A stretch of DNA of 64,000 nt from Octopus sinensis (Eukaryota). Under the pieces are notes generated by a model, which had not been told where the DNA came from, did not search any database, and saw nothing but the letters and a program-made list of their open reading frames with translations. Each line of letters starts with the position of its first letter. Position 1 is the first letter of the stretch. The position numbers were made by a program, and so were the translations under genes. Below, one piece after another: positions 37,780 to 49,534 of the stretch. The stretch covers positions 25,482,001 to 25,546,000 of the forward strand of contig NC_043005.1 of NCBI RefSeq assembly GCF_006345805.1, read 5' to 3'.

Positions 37780-37950
37780 AACGGGAAGGTTTACGAAAAT
37801 ACACAAAAGACGAAGGCTGGTGGGGTACAAACAAAAAATGTATTAGTATGGCGCTCAGGAATAGAAATAGAACAAGTTTCGAGCCTACGCTCTTCGACAG
37901 AAAGATACACAGAAAAAAAAGGAGAGAAACAAGGAGAGAAAAAAATGCGT
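37780..37950 (-). mobile_element. Penelope-like terminal remnant, family 1, with partial hammerhead at 37870-37904
   Basis: cttt-CTGTCGA-a-gagc-gtag-gctc-GAAAC, then a diverged 3' side. Confidence 0.6.
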
Positions 37951-38099
37951 GTAGGAGCTAATGATGTATCATGGCGTTCTGACTTCGGGCAGAGGTCAGA
38001 GGTCAGAGGTCAGATGCTAGAGGGACAGTAGGGGAGATAACAGGGTCAAGTGACTTCCAAAACGAAGGTGTCCACAACACAAAGGTGCGGGTGTGTATA

Positions 38100-38740
38100 A
38101 GAGAGTATGTATGTGCGTGTGAAAGAGGGCTGGTGGTCTAGACGTGTGTATGTATGTACGTATGTATGTATGTATGTATGGGTGTGGAGATGTGGGGATG
38201 GGTGTGTGAGTGGTGTGTTGTGATGTGATATGTATATGTATGTGTAGGTGTAAAGATGTGGGGATGGGTGTGTGGGCGGAGGGCTGTGGGTGATGCGTTG
38301 TGATGTGATGTGTAATGTTGTATGGTGTAGTGTAGTGTGGTGTGATTTTGTGGGGAGGTGGGGGCGAGAGTGGGGAAAGCCCAGGTGGGGTGTGGGTTCG
38401 GATGGAGGTTGGGGTAGAGTGAGGGTGGTGGGTGAGTGAGAGGGGGAGAGAAGAGAGGGAAGAGGGGAGATGAGGGGGAGAGAGAAGGGAGAGGAGGGAG
38501 AGGAGGAGAAGGAGGATGGGGTGGTAGGGGAGGATGGGGGAGAGGAGGAGGAGGGGAGGGAGATGGGAGAGAAGGCGAGTGAGGGAACAGAGAGAACGAG
38601 AGAAGGGGAATAGGGAAGAAGAGAGAAGAGGGAAGAAGGGAAAAAAGGGAAGAGGAGGGAAAGAGAGTAGGGGTGAAAAGATGAAGGACTGAAGAGAAGT
38701 AGGAGTCGGGGGGGGGGGGGTAGATGAAAAGGGGGGAGAG
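38100..38740. repeat. GT-rich then GA-rich low-complexity tract
   Basis: Directly visible; it generates the long Pro/Leu/Ser pseudo-ORFs on the minus strand. Confidence 0.9.
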
Positions 38741-38744
38741 TTGA

Positions 38745-39260
38745 GCCCAAATGTTGAGTCCAAACATCATATTGAGAGACTTCAAAAATCATGCATCCTC
38801 ATTAATATGACTGTCCCAATCGATATAAATCTATCTGTCTAGACCTAACAAAAACTGAGCAAATATAAAGATCTTGAAATAGTAATTGGCAAAATGTGGA
38901 ACTTGAAGACTAAAACAATACCTGTTGTCATAGGTTCCCTAGTAATGATGGCAAAAGGAGCTGATTGCTACCTAGTTCAGATGCCAGGAAACTCAAAAAT
39001 GGTAAAAATTCAAAAGATAGTGCTCATGGGAACTGCCCATATCCTATGTAAAATACTGTCTATGTAATCTCAAATTTTAAAACAAACTCCTAATTTTCTT
39101 GTTTTCTTAAACATTCTCTAAAACAATAGTGTGTGCAAAACCAAATATATGGCACCCTAGGCATAACAATAACATGAATATCTAACTTATTGTCTCTTGA
39201 GGTCTCTGGATGAGACTTGGAGACAACTTGTACAAATGCAGAGCAAAAGTCAAACATAAT
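38745..39260 (+). mobile_element. 3' fragment of R4/Dong-type LINE (RLE C-terminus and 3' UTR), followed by (TAA)n at 39268-39328
   Basis: Closely matches 40670-41166. Confidence 0.85.
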
Positions 39261-39267
39261 AAAAGAC

Positions 39268-39329
<62 letters not shown>

Positions 39330-39332
39330 TTA

Positions 39333-41165
39333 ATTTATCCTTAATACCTCTCTCAAAGCTGCTCAATGACGCGCAGTACGGGTATAAAATGTTTGATAAA
39401 AATATAAATCATCTCGTTTACATGGATGATTTAAAGCTTTTTGCAAAAAATGACCAACAACTCAAGGGCTTACTAGCGATAGTCAAACAATTCAGTGACG
39501 ACATCAGAATGCAACTCGGCCTCGATAAGTGTGCAAAGGCAACCTTTATCAAAGGAAAAATTACAGAAACATCTAACGTTAACCTTGACCAACAGAATGT
39601 CATAAAAGAACTAGACCCAGCTGAGAGCTACAAGTACCTAGGGGTAATTGAAGGGAACGGAATAAGGCATTCAGAGATGAAGGAAAGGATCAGGAGAGAA
39701 TGCTATCGCAGAGTGAGAGCAATACTCAAGACAGAGCTGAATGCAAGAAACAGGATCGAAGCGATCAATGCATTAGCCATACCAGTCGTGACTTACAGTT
39801 TCAATATTGTTAACTGGTCAATTACTGAAATATGTCAGCTCGACAGAAAAATAAGGAAACTGTTGACAATGCATAGAATGCACCACCCTAAGGCAGATAC
39901 AGAACGACTCTATCTGCCAAGAAAAGAGGGAGGCCGTGGTCTTTTTGCAACTGGCAATAACAATGAAGATTGCTACAATTGGCCTAGACACCTACGTGAA
40001 AAACTCTGAGGACTGGATGTTAAAACTTGTCTCAAAACATGAAAACAAGAAAGCATCATACTCAGTCACAAAACAGGCAAAGGAATATCTAAGTGAATTC
40101 CGAATACAACCAATTTCGGAATTAGTGATAGATATACAAGAAACAAGCACAGAAAAAGCTAGGCGCATGAAAACCCGTGCCAAAACTGCGGCCTTAGATA
40201 TTCTGAATAATAAATGGCAAGAAAAACCTCTCTATGGCAAATACCCAAAGAGAGCGAATAATGCAGATATCGACAAAGCCATGACCCATCAATGGCTAAT
40301 GGCCTCTGGCTTAAAATCTGAAACAGAGGGGTTTATCATGGCAGCTCAAGATCAATGCCTACCAACAAGAAACTACCAGGCCAACATATTAAAGAACGGC
40401 AGTAGCCCAACATGTCGTGTATGCCGACAACAAAATGAAACCATTGACCATGTTGTCTCCAAATGCAGTCTTCTAGCGCCTACAGAGTACCTCAGTAGGC
40501 ATGATAGAGTTGCACAATATATTCACTGGGTAATTTGCAAAAACCTGGATTTGCCCCATGAAAAAAACTGGTGGGAACACAATCCACCTCCTGTGCTTGA
40601 AAATGACCACATCTCACTCCTCTGGAACTTCACCATTCAAACTGACATGAAGATAGATGCAAATAGGCCAGACATTATATTGAAAGACTTCAGACAAAGA
40701 ACATGCCTCCTCATTGATATGACTGTCCCAATCGATATAAACGTATCTGTCAAGACCTACCAAAAACTGAGCAAATATAAAGATCTTGAAATAGAAATCA
40801 GCAAAATGTGGAAGCTGAAGACTAAAACAATACCTGTTGTCATAGGTGCCCTGGGAATGATAGCGAAAGGGACTGATTGCTACCTAACTCAGATACCAGG
40901 AAACCCCAAAATGGCAGAAATTCAAAAGATAGTGCTCATGGGAACTGCTCATATCCTACGCAAAATACTCTCTATGTAATCCCAAGGTTTAAAACAAACT
41001 TTTTTTTTTATTTACTTTTTTTTTTATGTATTAGACATTCACTAGTACAACACCAAGAAAAAAAAACCAAATATATGGCACAGAACTTCTAACCTGTTGT
41101 CTCTTGAGGTCTCTCGGTGAGACTTGGAGCCAACTTGTACAGACATAAAGCAAAAGTCAAACATA

Positions 41166-41166
<1 letters not shown>
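39333..41166 (+). mobile_element. 5'-truncated R4/Dong-clade LINE (RT C-terminus, CCHC knuckle, restriction-like endonuclease) inserted in (TAA)n
   Basis: YMDDLKL, YKYLG, RLYLPRKEGGRG, CRVCRQQNETIDHVVSKC, RHD, NRPDII...LIDMTVP...K..KY. One +1 frameshift in a T5 run at 39942-39946. (TAA)n on both sides. Confidence 0.93.
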
Positions 41167-41212
<46 letters not shown>

Positions 41213-41649
41213 GCCCTGATGCAATACCAGGCAGTGGCTCTCATGGCTTCCGATCTTAACTGATTGGAAGTGTTATCATGTACATTGTTTAGTCATGGTA
41301 TAAAAGATGGGCTACAGCAAATATTCTGTTCAATACCACAGATTTGCTTGTCAGATGTTTGACCATAACCAGTTGAGTATGTCCCTTAGTGGCTTACGAT
41401 ATGTGCATCTCTGATCATGAGCAGAAGTTGTGGGGTAGCATCATAGCCATGTGTTGAGAGGGACTCAATGGGTCGCACCTGCAAGGTCATGTGCTGTTTA
41501 TCTTGATATGAGATCGCCATGCCGCGTACATATGCTTGTGATATATATGCTTGATGAACCCTTATGAGACAGGTGGTTATGACGGATTTACTGAGCTTCG
41601 TATATTATACCCCAGGCTCACTTTGATGGCATGTACTCCTCTCTCACTC
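41213..41649 (+). mobile_element. Unclassified (TAA)n-embedded element, copy 2 (carries the 5'-most sequence; internally deleted)
   Basis: (AAT)n|gccctgatgcaataccaggcagtggctctc ... ctctctcactc|(AAT)n. Confidence 0.8.
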
Positions 41650-41695
<46 letters not shown>

Positions 41696-42465
41696 TTAAT
41701 AATACTATCAGTATGTGTGTGTTTGTGTTCGTGAGTGTGTGCGTGTATACATCCTACATATTTATACATATCTATACTGCATATAAAAATGCATATATAC
41801 ATGTATTTATAAGTGTTTAAGTTTGTGTATATGTGAGTGTGATTTTTAATACATTCTTGCCTTACAAAACTGAGTAATTCCTCAGTTTTGTGTTTACACA
41901 TACTGTCTCTCTCCCTATCTCTCCTCCCCCTTTCTCTCTCTCACACACACGTTTCGACAACCGGTACTATTTGCTCGTGTATCCAGTGACCCCTCGTTAG
42001 TGCTGGATAATCTGATAACGTCCTTAATATTATAATTTCAAGTCAAACTGTGTAATTTCATTATTGATCTCGCATAAATGTAAAACCTACCTATGTAGCA
42101 GAATGTCGATTTAATCGCCCCCACCCCAATGCCATAACCTGGAAGCATAAAAGAAGATGATATCGATCTCAGGAAAATGTTCATTCAGCACATATATACA
42201 TGAAACGGTTTTAAATGAAAGCCACAAGCACTCTTTCTGGTTTTTCTTTTTTCTTCCAGATTTTCCTTTATCTGGAATTAAATTTCAGGGCTATAGCGTG
42301 CGATCTATTATCAAGATAAGACGAGAGCCATTGCCTTGTCGCTCAACCTGTTAGAAATAGCAGCGATATTTTAATCAAGCTAGAGCATGATTTTAATAAA
42401 AAAAAAAGCCCCAAAACATGTAGGATATATTAAATAATGATATATTGTTTCCAAAAGGTATAAGT

Positions 42466-42604
42466 GGCTGCGTGGCCTGATGCATAATGCATCTGACTTA
42501 GAATCAGAATATTGTGAGTTCCACTCCCGTCGCGAGCAAATAATCTTTTAAATTTGGTGCTCCAGCATGGCAGCAGTCAAATGACTGAAACAAGTAAATG
42601 AGTA
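42466..42604 (+). mobile_element. tRNA-Arg-derived head joined to the SINE family B tail (mini-SINE or tRNA pseudogene)
   Basis: ggctgcgtggcctgatgcataatgcatctgacttagaatcagaatattgtgagttccactcc resembles eukaryotic tRNA-Arg. Anticodon arm TCTGA-CTTAGAA-TCAGA; acceptor and T arms are damaged. Followed by gctccagcatggcagcagtcaaatgactgaaacaagtaaa. Confidence 0.65.
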
Positions 42605-42952
42605 CTCAAGATTTTCCCTCCTGTTTGTACACAGCCTCCTTGACGGAGAGGTACGAAAGGTAAACTGTATGAACATAAAGAAACCTTTTTAGTACATATC
42701 AGTCTAGCCGCCGATTGTTATTCAGTATTACTACAAATTGGCGAACTGAAGATGAATTCTGATACTGCATCACACAATACAGAACAGAATTGGCCACTCA
42801 GCCACTGGTACTTGAGTTTGCTAATTCTATATTACCTCAGTGAGACGTCAGCGTGCCTACGATGTTGTCATCTTTTTCTCATGAAGCTTCAGTTGTGTTG
42901 GCAAGCCATAATGATATAAAAATTATATGTGAAAATATAAGTGTTGTTTGGG

Positions 42953-43170
42953 AAAGCGGCGGGTCGGCAAAAACGTTAGCAAGCCGGGCGAAATGCTTAG
43001 TGTTATTTCGTCTGTCATTACGTTCTGAGTTCAAATTCCACCGAGGTCGACTTTACCTATCATTCTTTCGGGGTGGGTAAATTAAATACCAGTTGCGTAC
43101 TGGTGTGGATCTAATAGACTGGTTCCCTCCCCTAAAATTTCGTGCCTTGTGCCTAGAGAGGAAAAGTATA
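42953..43170 (+). mobile_element. SINE family A, full length
   Basis: Head and B-box match; tail ccttgtgcctagagaggaaa. Confidence 0.85.
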
Positions 43171-43296
43171 TAAGTGTTGTTTAGGCACAGGTAATTTCTA
43201 GTCCAGCAGTATTATTGTAAAAAAACATCAACGATACCAACCTCCATGTGCACATTGTATTCACTGCGAGATTGCAATGTAAATTTTATAAATATA

Positions 43297-44449
43297 GGCG
43301 CAGGAGTGGCTGTGTGGTAAGTAGATTGCTTACTGCTACCGAATTGTCATGTTCTTTTTCGTTGCGGTGAAAGTCAAGTCGGACGTGAAAAATTGAACAT
43401 TTGAAGCACGACCACAGGTAAGGCATTTGTTTTTTTGGGGGAGGGGGAACTTAGTGAAGTCTGTTGCCCGTATGGTTAAATTTTTTTTCGAACCAGGGTA
43501 CCCGCTGAATTCCAGATATTTCTTTGCCAGTGGTCGTACTAAAAGACTCACATTTTAGTGAGAATTGTGTGTGTTTCTGGGAGGCGTGTCCGTCCGAAAG
43601 GTTTTGGGAATATTCTATGACTGTGTTTGTGCCATAGCCAGAGTTGGACGGAACACTATTTGTGCTGAGAAGGACTACCAGTTTGGATTACCAGAGTAGC
43701 AGGATTGTGTTGTGTTGTATTGCCATTTTGAACTATCTTCTTTCGCTCTTTCTTCTCCTATCTGTCTTTCTATTTTTTGAGTTTCTTTATAGACTTTCAT
43801 TTGAACATTTTGATTTTGTTTGTGGATTTTTATTTTTGTTTTGGCTATCATCATGGTAACTGTGAAATCCGCTTTGGAGGGGCGAATTTTGGCTCCCAAA
43901 GAATGGATGAAAAATTATAAACGGTGGTGTTAAGGACTGATTCCAGGGTCCTTGACACCATCAAGGTCTTCTCTGAGGAAGAAATTGAGGAGGAGTTGGC
44001 AGACTATCTGCCAACTGTTAGGTTTATCTGCAGGGGTGTGAAGTATGGAACTGTGTGTGTACTTTTTGACATACCTGCGCAAGCTCGTGATTTTGCGAGC
44101 ACGCCTTTGGAGGAGGAGAAAATTTTGTTTCTTCCTACTTATGTCGGTAGAAAGTTGACAAGGGCCTGGCTTCGTGGGCTGCCGCCCGGGCCTGCCAATG
44201 CAGGCTTTCCTGCAGGTGACAGGAATCTTACTTGGGGACCCGGATCAGGACGATTCATGAAAATTGAATTTTTGTATCTTTTGAATCTTTGATTTTTAAA
44301 TTGAACAGTTTATTCATGTTTGTCGTTATCATCTTCATCACATTAATTTTTTTGCCCAGCCTGCAGCTGCCTGGGGTCGATTTGCCCGACTCTAGGCGGC
44401 GTTCTACCATCGCAGCAGTCAAAATGACTGAAACAAGTAAAAAAAAAAG
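43297..44449 (+). mobile_element. SINE family B head (43297-43333) and tail (44366-44449) interrupted by LINE-derived sequence
   Basis: ggcgcaggagtggctgtgtggtaagtag head and cctggggtcgatttgcccgact...gactgaaacaagtaaaa tail; the SINE middle is missing. Confidence 0.7.
43617..44185 (+). pseudogene. Second copy of the L1/Tx1-type 5' UTR and ORF1 N-terminus
   Basis: VFSEEEIEEELADYLPTVRFICRGVKYGTVCVLFD closely matches ORF 11411-11842; the 5' UTR is also shared. Confidence 0.85.
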
Positions 44450-45068
44450 AATATGGCCGATGACTCTAACATGTGACACAATAAATGAAATGATATCTGA
44501 CTGAAAATAAAGGGATGTCTGTGACGACTAATTTTCTTTATTGTGGGTGAATACGAATCAATTATTTCTGTCAGAGCAATACCTCCATCCAATCCTTTGG
44601 GAACATGTTTCTTCAATTTCATTCTCTTTACAAAAATTGGAGATCAGAAGAAGTCATAGATTTCCTTTAAGTTCAGAGAATGTTATCTTCTAAAACTTCA
44701 GAAACTCACACTCTATTTTAAAACACAATTTCGTGATTTGTGATGCAGCCATTATTTTTATCATTTTACAACTTTTTCATTCGTTTTATCAGTTTATTAG
44801 TCTTGTAAAAGTCTATCTTCATAACATATCATACGATCCTCCAATATATTATCTTATTGTCAATTTCGCCTGTTCATATATTAAACCTCATTCTCTATTA
44901 GGAAATTTATTACTGCACCATTGTGTCTGATTTATTACTTTTCGTAATTTTCAGCATTTTTTCATACCTATTTAAAACAAGTATGCTGTATTAATAGATG
45001 TCTTTTTATATTGTAATAATCATTAATCCACCCTAGAACTATTACACTACCTTCTGATTATAAAATCT

Positions 45069-45478
45069 GTATGAAAGCATTTAAGAAAAAAAAACATTAA
45101 ATTCATACAGCCGAACAAAATCAAAAATATTCTATTTTTTTCCCTTTCCTTAATACTAACAAGAGCATAATATGAGAGAGAATGTGTTTATTTCTACCAC
45201 ACGACACTTATTATCGCACACATGCAAACACACACACACACACACGCACACACATACATTCATATATGTGTGTGTCTTTTAGTTTTTGGTTACTTATATA
45301 CATCAACAAATGAGTCAATTGAATAACATTGAGTTGTTCAATTTGCTAGAAAAAACAGCGAAATCTCTCTCATACTATGCTCTTGTTAGTATTAGTATTA
45401 AGGAAAGGGGAAAAATAGAGTATTTTTGATTTTGTTCGGTTGTATGAATTTAATGTTTTTTTTTAAATGCTTTCGTAC
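45069..45478. repeat. ~112-bp-arm inverted repeat around a ~183-bp spacer
   Basis: 45069-45180 is the reverse complement of 45364-45478, with few mismatches and one short (6-nt) indel. Confidence 0.88.
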
Positions 45479-45690
45479 ATCATTTGATACAAGAAGAAAG
45501 AAACTAGAAAAATCTTGACAAAAGCAGAGAAATTGTAACTCAACAAAAAATATAGAAAGAGAAAGATTTTTATCTGAGGTGTAATTTTATGATAAAATCA
45601 AATTCAAAATTGAAATTTAGGAACATAACACTTAACATGCTATCTGTTCGGTGTATGGCCGAATTTAAATGGGTAGAAGACCTAAAACAA

Positions 45691-45730
<40 letters not shown>

Positions 45731-46092
45731 TTAGGATTTTAATAGCCAGGGGTCAATTTCAGTTCAATCGTAGAAAGGAATTCAAATACATACCAGCCAC
45801 TCCCTCTCACTCAATCTCTCTCTCTCATTTTATCTCTGCCTTGTTTGACACACACACACACCTTAATTTTCTCAATAAAATTGTTGCTGCTTCGGTGACT
45901 CAGTAGGCATGGATGTTGGTTTCAGTAGGTATAGGTGGTGGTTTCAAATCTCTTCCAGAATTTACAAGATATCTAGTTAAAAATATTTATTTAAGCAGCA
46001 AAATTTTTTCAATGATTTCTTTCTCATAAGCGTGACACACGCGTCAGGTACGTACAAAAAACAAATTGGCGTATTAATATTATTGACAACAA

Positions 46093-46298
46093 TCCTCTCT
46101 ACTATAGGCCCAAGGCCTGAAGGAAGGGGCTAAGTCGATTACATCGACCCCAGTACGCACAGGAACTTAATTTATCGACCCCGAAAAGATGAAAAGCAAA
46201 GTCGACCTCAGTGGAACTTGAACTCAGAACGTAGTAACGGGAGAAATACCACTAATCATTTTGCCCGGCGTGCTAATGATTCTGTCAGCTCGCCACCC
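46093..46298 (-). mobile_element. SINE family A
   Basis: Family A module. Confidence 0.85.
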
Positions 46299-46567
46299 TA
46301 ATAATAGTAATAATAATAATAATAATGATAATAATAGTGACAATCTTGAGAAGTACATGGAACAAAGAGGGGGCTGCAATAACGGTTGAGCACTTGCATA
46401 AAACACCACTGCTTGGAACAGCTTGATTACTACGGATGGTGCTCTAAAAATTAGGGTTTTTACCTTAGTTCACTGGCAGTGAACGGTTGACACCGTGTTA
46501 CATCTAAGGCATTAGAAGCTGTGCAAAAACAATAAATCAATAATAATAAAAGTAATAATAATAATAA

Positions 46568-46616
46568 CCAATCGATATAAACGTATCTGTCAAGACCTAC
46601 CAGAAACTAAGCAAAT
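46568..46616 (+). mobile_element. ~50-bp Dong RLE micro-fragment between TAA tracts
   Basis: ccaatcgatataaacgtatctgtcaagacctaccagaaactaagcaaata matches about 40728-40777. Confidence 0.8.
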
Positions 46617-46639
46617 AATAATATTAATAATAATAATGA

Positions 46640-47141
46640 TGGAAGTGTTATCATGTACATTGTTTTGTCTTGGTATAAAAGATGGGCTACTGCAAATATT
46701 CTGCTCAATACCACAGATTTGCTTGTCAGTTGTTTGACCTTAACCAGTTGAGCATGTCCCTTCGTGGCTGACAATATGTGCATCTCTGATCACGAGCAGA
46801 AGTAGTGGGGGAGCATCATAGCCATGTGTTGAGAGGGATTCTTTGGGGTTTGAATAGTTCACCTCTGGAAACATGGGTGGTTCTTTCAACATCCTTAAAA
46901 CACCCTTATTCAGGGACCGTTTGAGCGGGATGGGCTACTCAATCTGAAGAAAATTCTAACTGGGCCCCACCTGCAAGGTCATGTGCTGTTTATCTTGATA
47001 TGAGATCACCATGTCGCGCACATATGGTTGTGATGCATGTGCCTGGTGTACCTTTATCAGACGGGTAGTCATGATGGGTATATTGGGCTTCGTATATTTT
47101 ACCCCAGTGTCACTTTGATGGCATGCACTGCTCTCTCACTC
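46640..47141 (+). mobile_element. Unclassified (TAA)n-embedded element, copy 3 (longest)
   Basis: Same fixed 3' end ctctctcactc|(AAT)n; contains the internal segment deleted in copies 1 and 2. Confidence 0.85.
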
Positions 47142-47253
47142 AATAATAATAATAATAATAATAATATTAATAATAATAACAATAATAAGAATAATAATAG
47201 TAGTAGTAATAATAATAATAATAGTAATAATAGTAATAATAATGATGATGATG

Positions 47254-47309
<56 letters not shown>

Positions 47310-47438
47310 CCATTCTACTGGAGGCCTCAGATTTTGAGGGAAGGAATTAAGTCGATTAAATATAACACAGTATATAACTGGTACTTATTTAATAAACTCC
47401 GAGAGAATGAAACAATATCTAGAAGTAGTAGTTGCAGA

Positions 47439-47502
<64 letters not shown>

Positions 47503-47560
47503 CTAGTAGTAGTAGTACTAGTAGTAGTAGTAGTAATAGCAGATGCAGTAGTAGTAGTAA

Positions 47561-47591
<31 letters not shown>

Positions 47592-47607
47592 AGTAGCAGC
47601 AGCAGCT

Positions 47608-47668
<61 letters not shown>

Positions 47669-47690
47669 TTGCTGTAGCAGCAGTCTTGAT
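47142..47690. repeat. (AAT)n and (GTA)n/(GCA)n triplet microsatellites
   Basis: Directly visible. Confidence 0.95.
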
Positions 47691-48017
47691 TTCAAAATGT
47701 ATCATGCGACAAATCTGCTAGAGAAGAGTGGAATCGATTAAAACGAAGACATTATTTGATCAGGAGTGAAAGAGCTGTTTGTGTTGGCACCTGCCTGGAT
47801 GTCTGACCAAGGTATTAATTAACAAAGAGGGAATGTGTCCCTGATACAGGCAGAAACGTATAATTACATGTCCAATATGTTTAGACTCTCCTCCTAACAG
47901 CTTTCTTTTCAAATCAATGTCGAATAAAAATTGTATACATAATTCTACTGATGGGCATCCATAGTTACATAAACACACTCACACACACATATATAGAGGA
48001 ATACAAACACACATACC

Positions 48018-48052
<35 letters not shown>

Positions 48053-48731
48053 GCATACAATATTCGAATTTATGTGCTGGCATTTATATATAAATATATG
48101 TATATGCGCGTATGTGTGTGTGTTTGTGCGTAAACCTGAATATAGACATATATGCGTTGCATTTCAGTATGTATAAACAAATATATGCACGTGTGTATAT
48201 ACATACACATACATATGTATATATACATGTGTGTATATAAATATATGATTGCATGTATATGTTTGTATGGTGCGAGATGGGGGAGCTACGACTGGTGGCC
48301 GGTGTATACTCTACTTGCTTTGTTTTTATTGATAATTGTACACAAGTTCCCTTCCATGGCAGCGAGAATTTGTTATCTTCTATAAAAGAAATATTTTACC
48401 GAAAATCGTCAATGATTTTATAATCAACGCTGTCTTTGTTCTTGAGTTGTCGAATATAATTTTGCATTACACTGTTTATTCAAGTGGAATATGCTTGTAG
48501 ATATCAATATCACGTTACTGGTATTTAATTTCATCCTTTTTGCGGAGTTTGACGACCAATACCAGTCTGCTGTGTGAGCATTTCGACGACTTCTCTTTCT
48601 TTCGTAACAAAAGTTACTTCTTAGCAGACTTTTGAATTCGAAACGTAGAAAGCAGGCATATCTATATACATACTTGACAAAAGATCACACTTAACCAGGA
48701 CTCCACAAACATGCTATATATTATATATATA

Positions 48732-48822
<91 letters not shown>

Positions 48823-48835
48823 GCACATATATAGG

Positions 48836-49015
48836 GAGAATTCACAAAAAAAATCAAAAGATGGAGACAGGTAGTGTAGACAACAAACGGATGCATTAGT
48901 ATAACGATCAGGAAGTGAAAAACTCTTTAACGTTTCGATCCTACGCTCTTCCACAGAAAGGAACACAGACAGAAACAAGGAGAGAAAATAAAGAATGTGT
49001 AGTGGCTAGCGATCT
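48836..49015 (-). mobile_element. Penelope-like terminal remnant, family 1, with hammerhead-like motif at 48925-48960
   Basis: cttt-CTGTGGA-a-gagc-gtag-gatc-GAAACGTT-aaag, flanked by (TA)n. Confidence 0.6.
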
Positions 49016-49178
49016 ATCATATATATATATATATAATGTGAGTGTGCGTGAGTGTAAATGTCTATTAAATTAAAAATCAATTTTAGATTAAACTGAAAAA
49101 CTGAAAATTTAATACTTTTTGCTCGTACATATGGACAATTCTTTAGGAAGAAAACTATTGCCTGTGACTTGGAAGTTG

Positions 49179-49370
49179 CTTCTGATCAGAGATGCACATA
49201 TCATCACTAAGGAGCATGCTCAACTGGTAGAGGTCAAACAACTGACAAGAAAATCTGTGGTATTGAGCAGAATATTTGCAATTACCCATCTTCTATACCA
49301 AGACAAAACAATGTACATGATAACACTTCCAATCAGTTAAGATCAGAAGCCATGAGAGCTACTGCCTGGT
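49179..49370 (-). mobile_element. Unclassified TAA-family element, copy 4 (5' portion only, not in TAA)
   Basis: Reverse complement of about 41225-41420. Confidence 0.8.
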
Positions 49371-49534
49371 GTATGTATGTATGTATGAATGTATGTACAT
49401 GTGCCGATTTGTATTTATTCTCATGCATATATTTGCATGTATAAGCATGCGCATATATATTTAAGTAAGAAACTTCAGGAAAGTTTTACAGATTTTCGCA
49501 ATTCGAGTGATGACTTGGATGACCTGCAATGTTG

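Noticed and set aside
38017-38792. Long Pro/Ser/Leu/His-rich ORFs, and similar YIYI, THTH, NNN, SSS and VVV ORFs elsewhere
   Set aside because: Translations of stop-free microsatellite or low-complexity DNA.
41213-41265. Short resemblance of the TAA element's reverse strand to U2 snRNA (cctggtattgca; atcagtt)
   Set aside because: Only short, non-collinear words; insufficient for homology.
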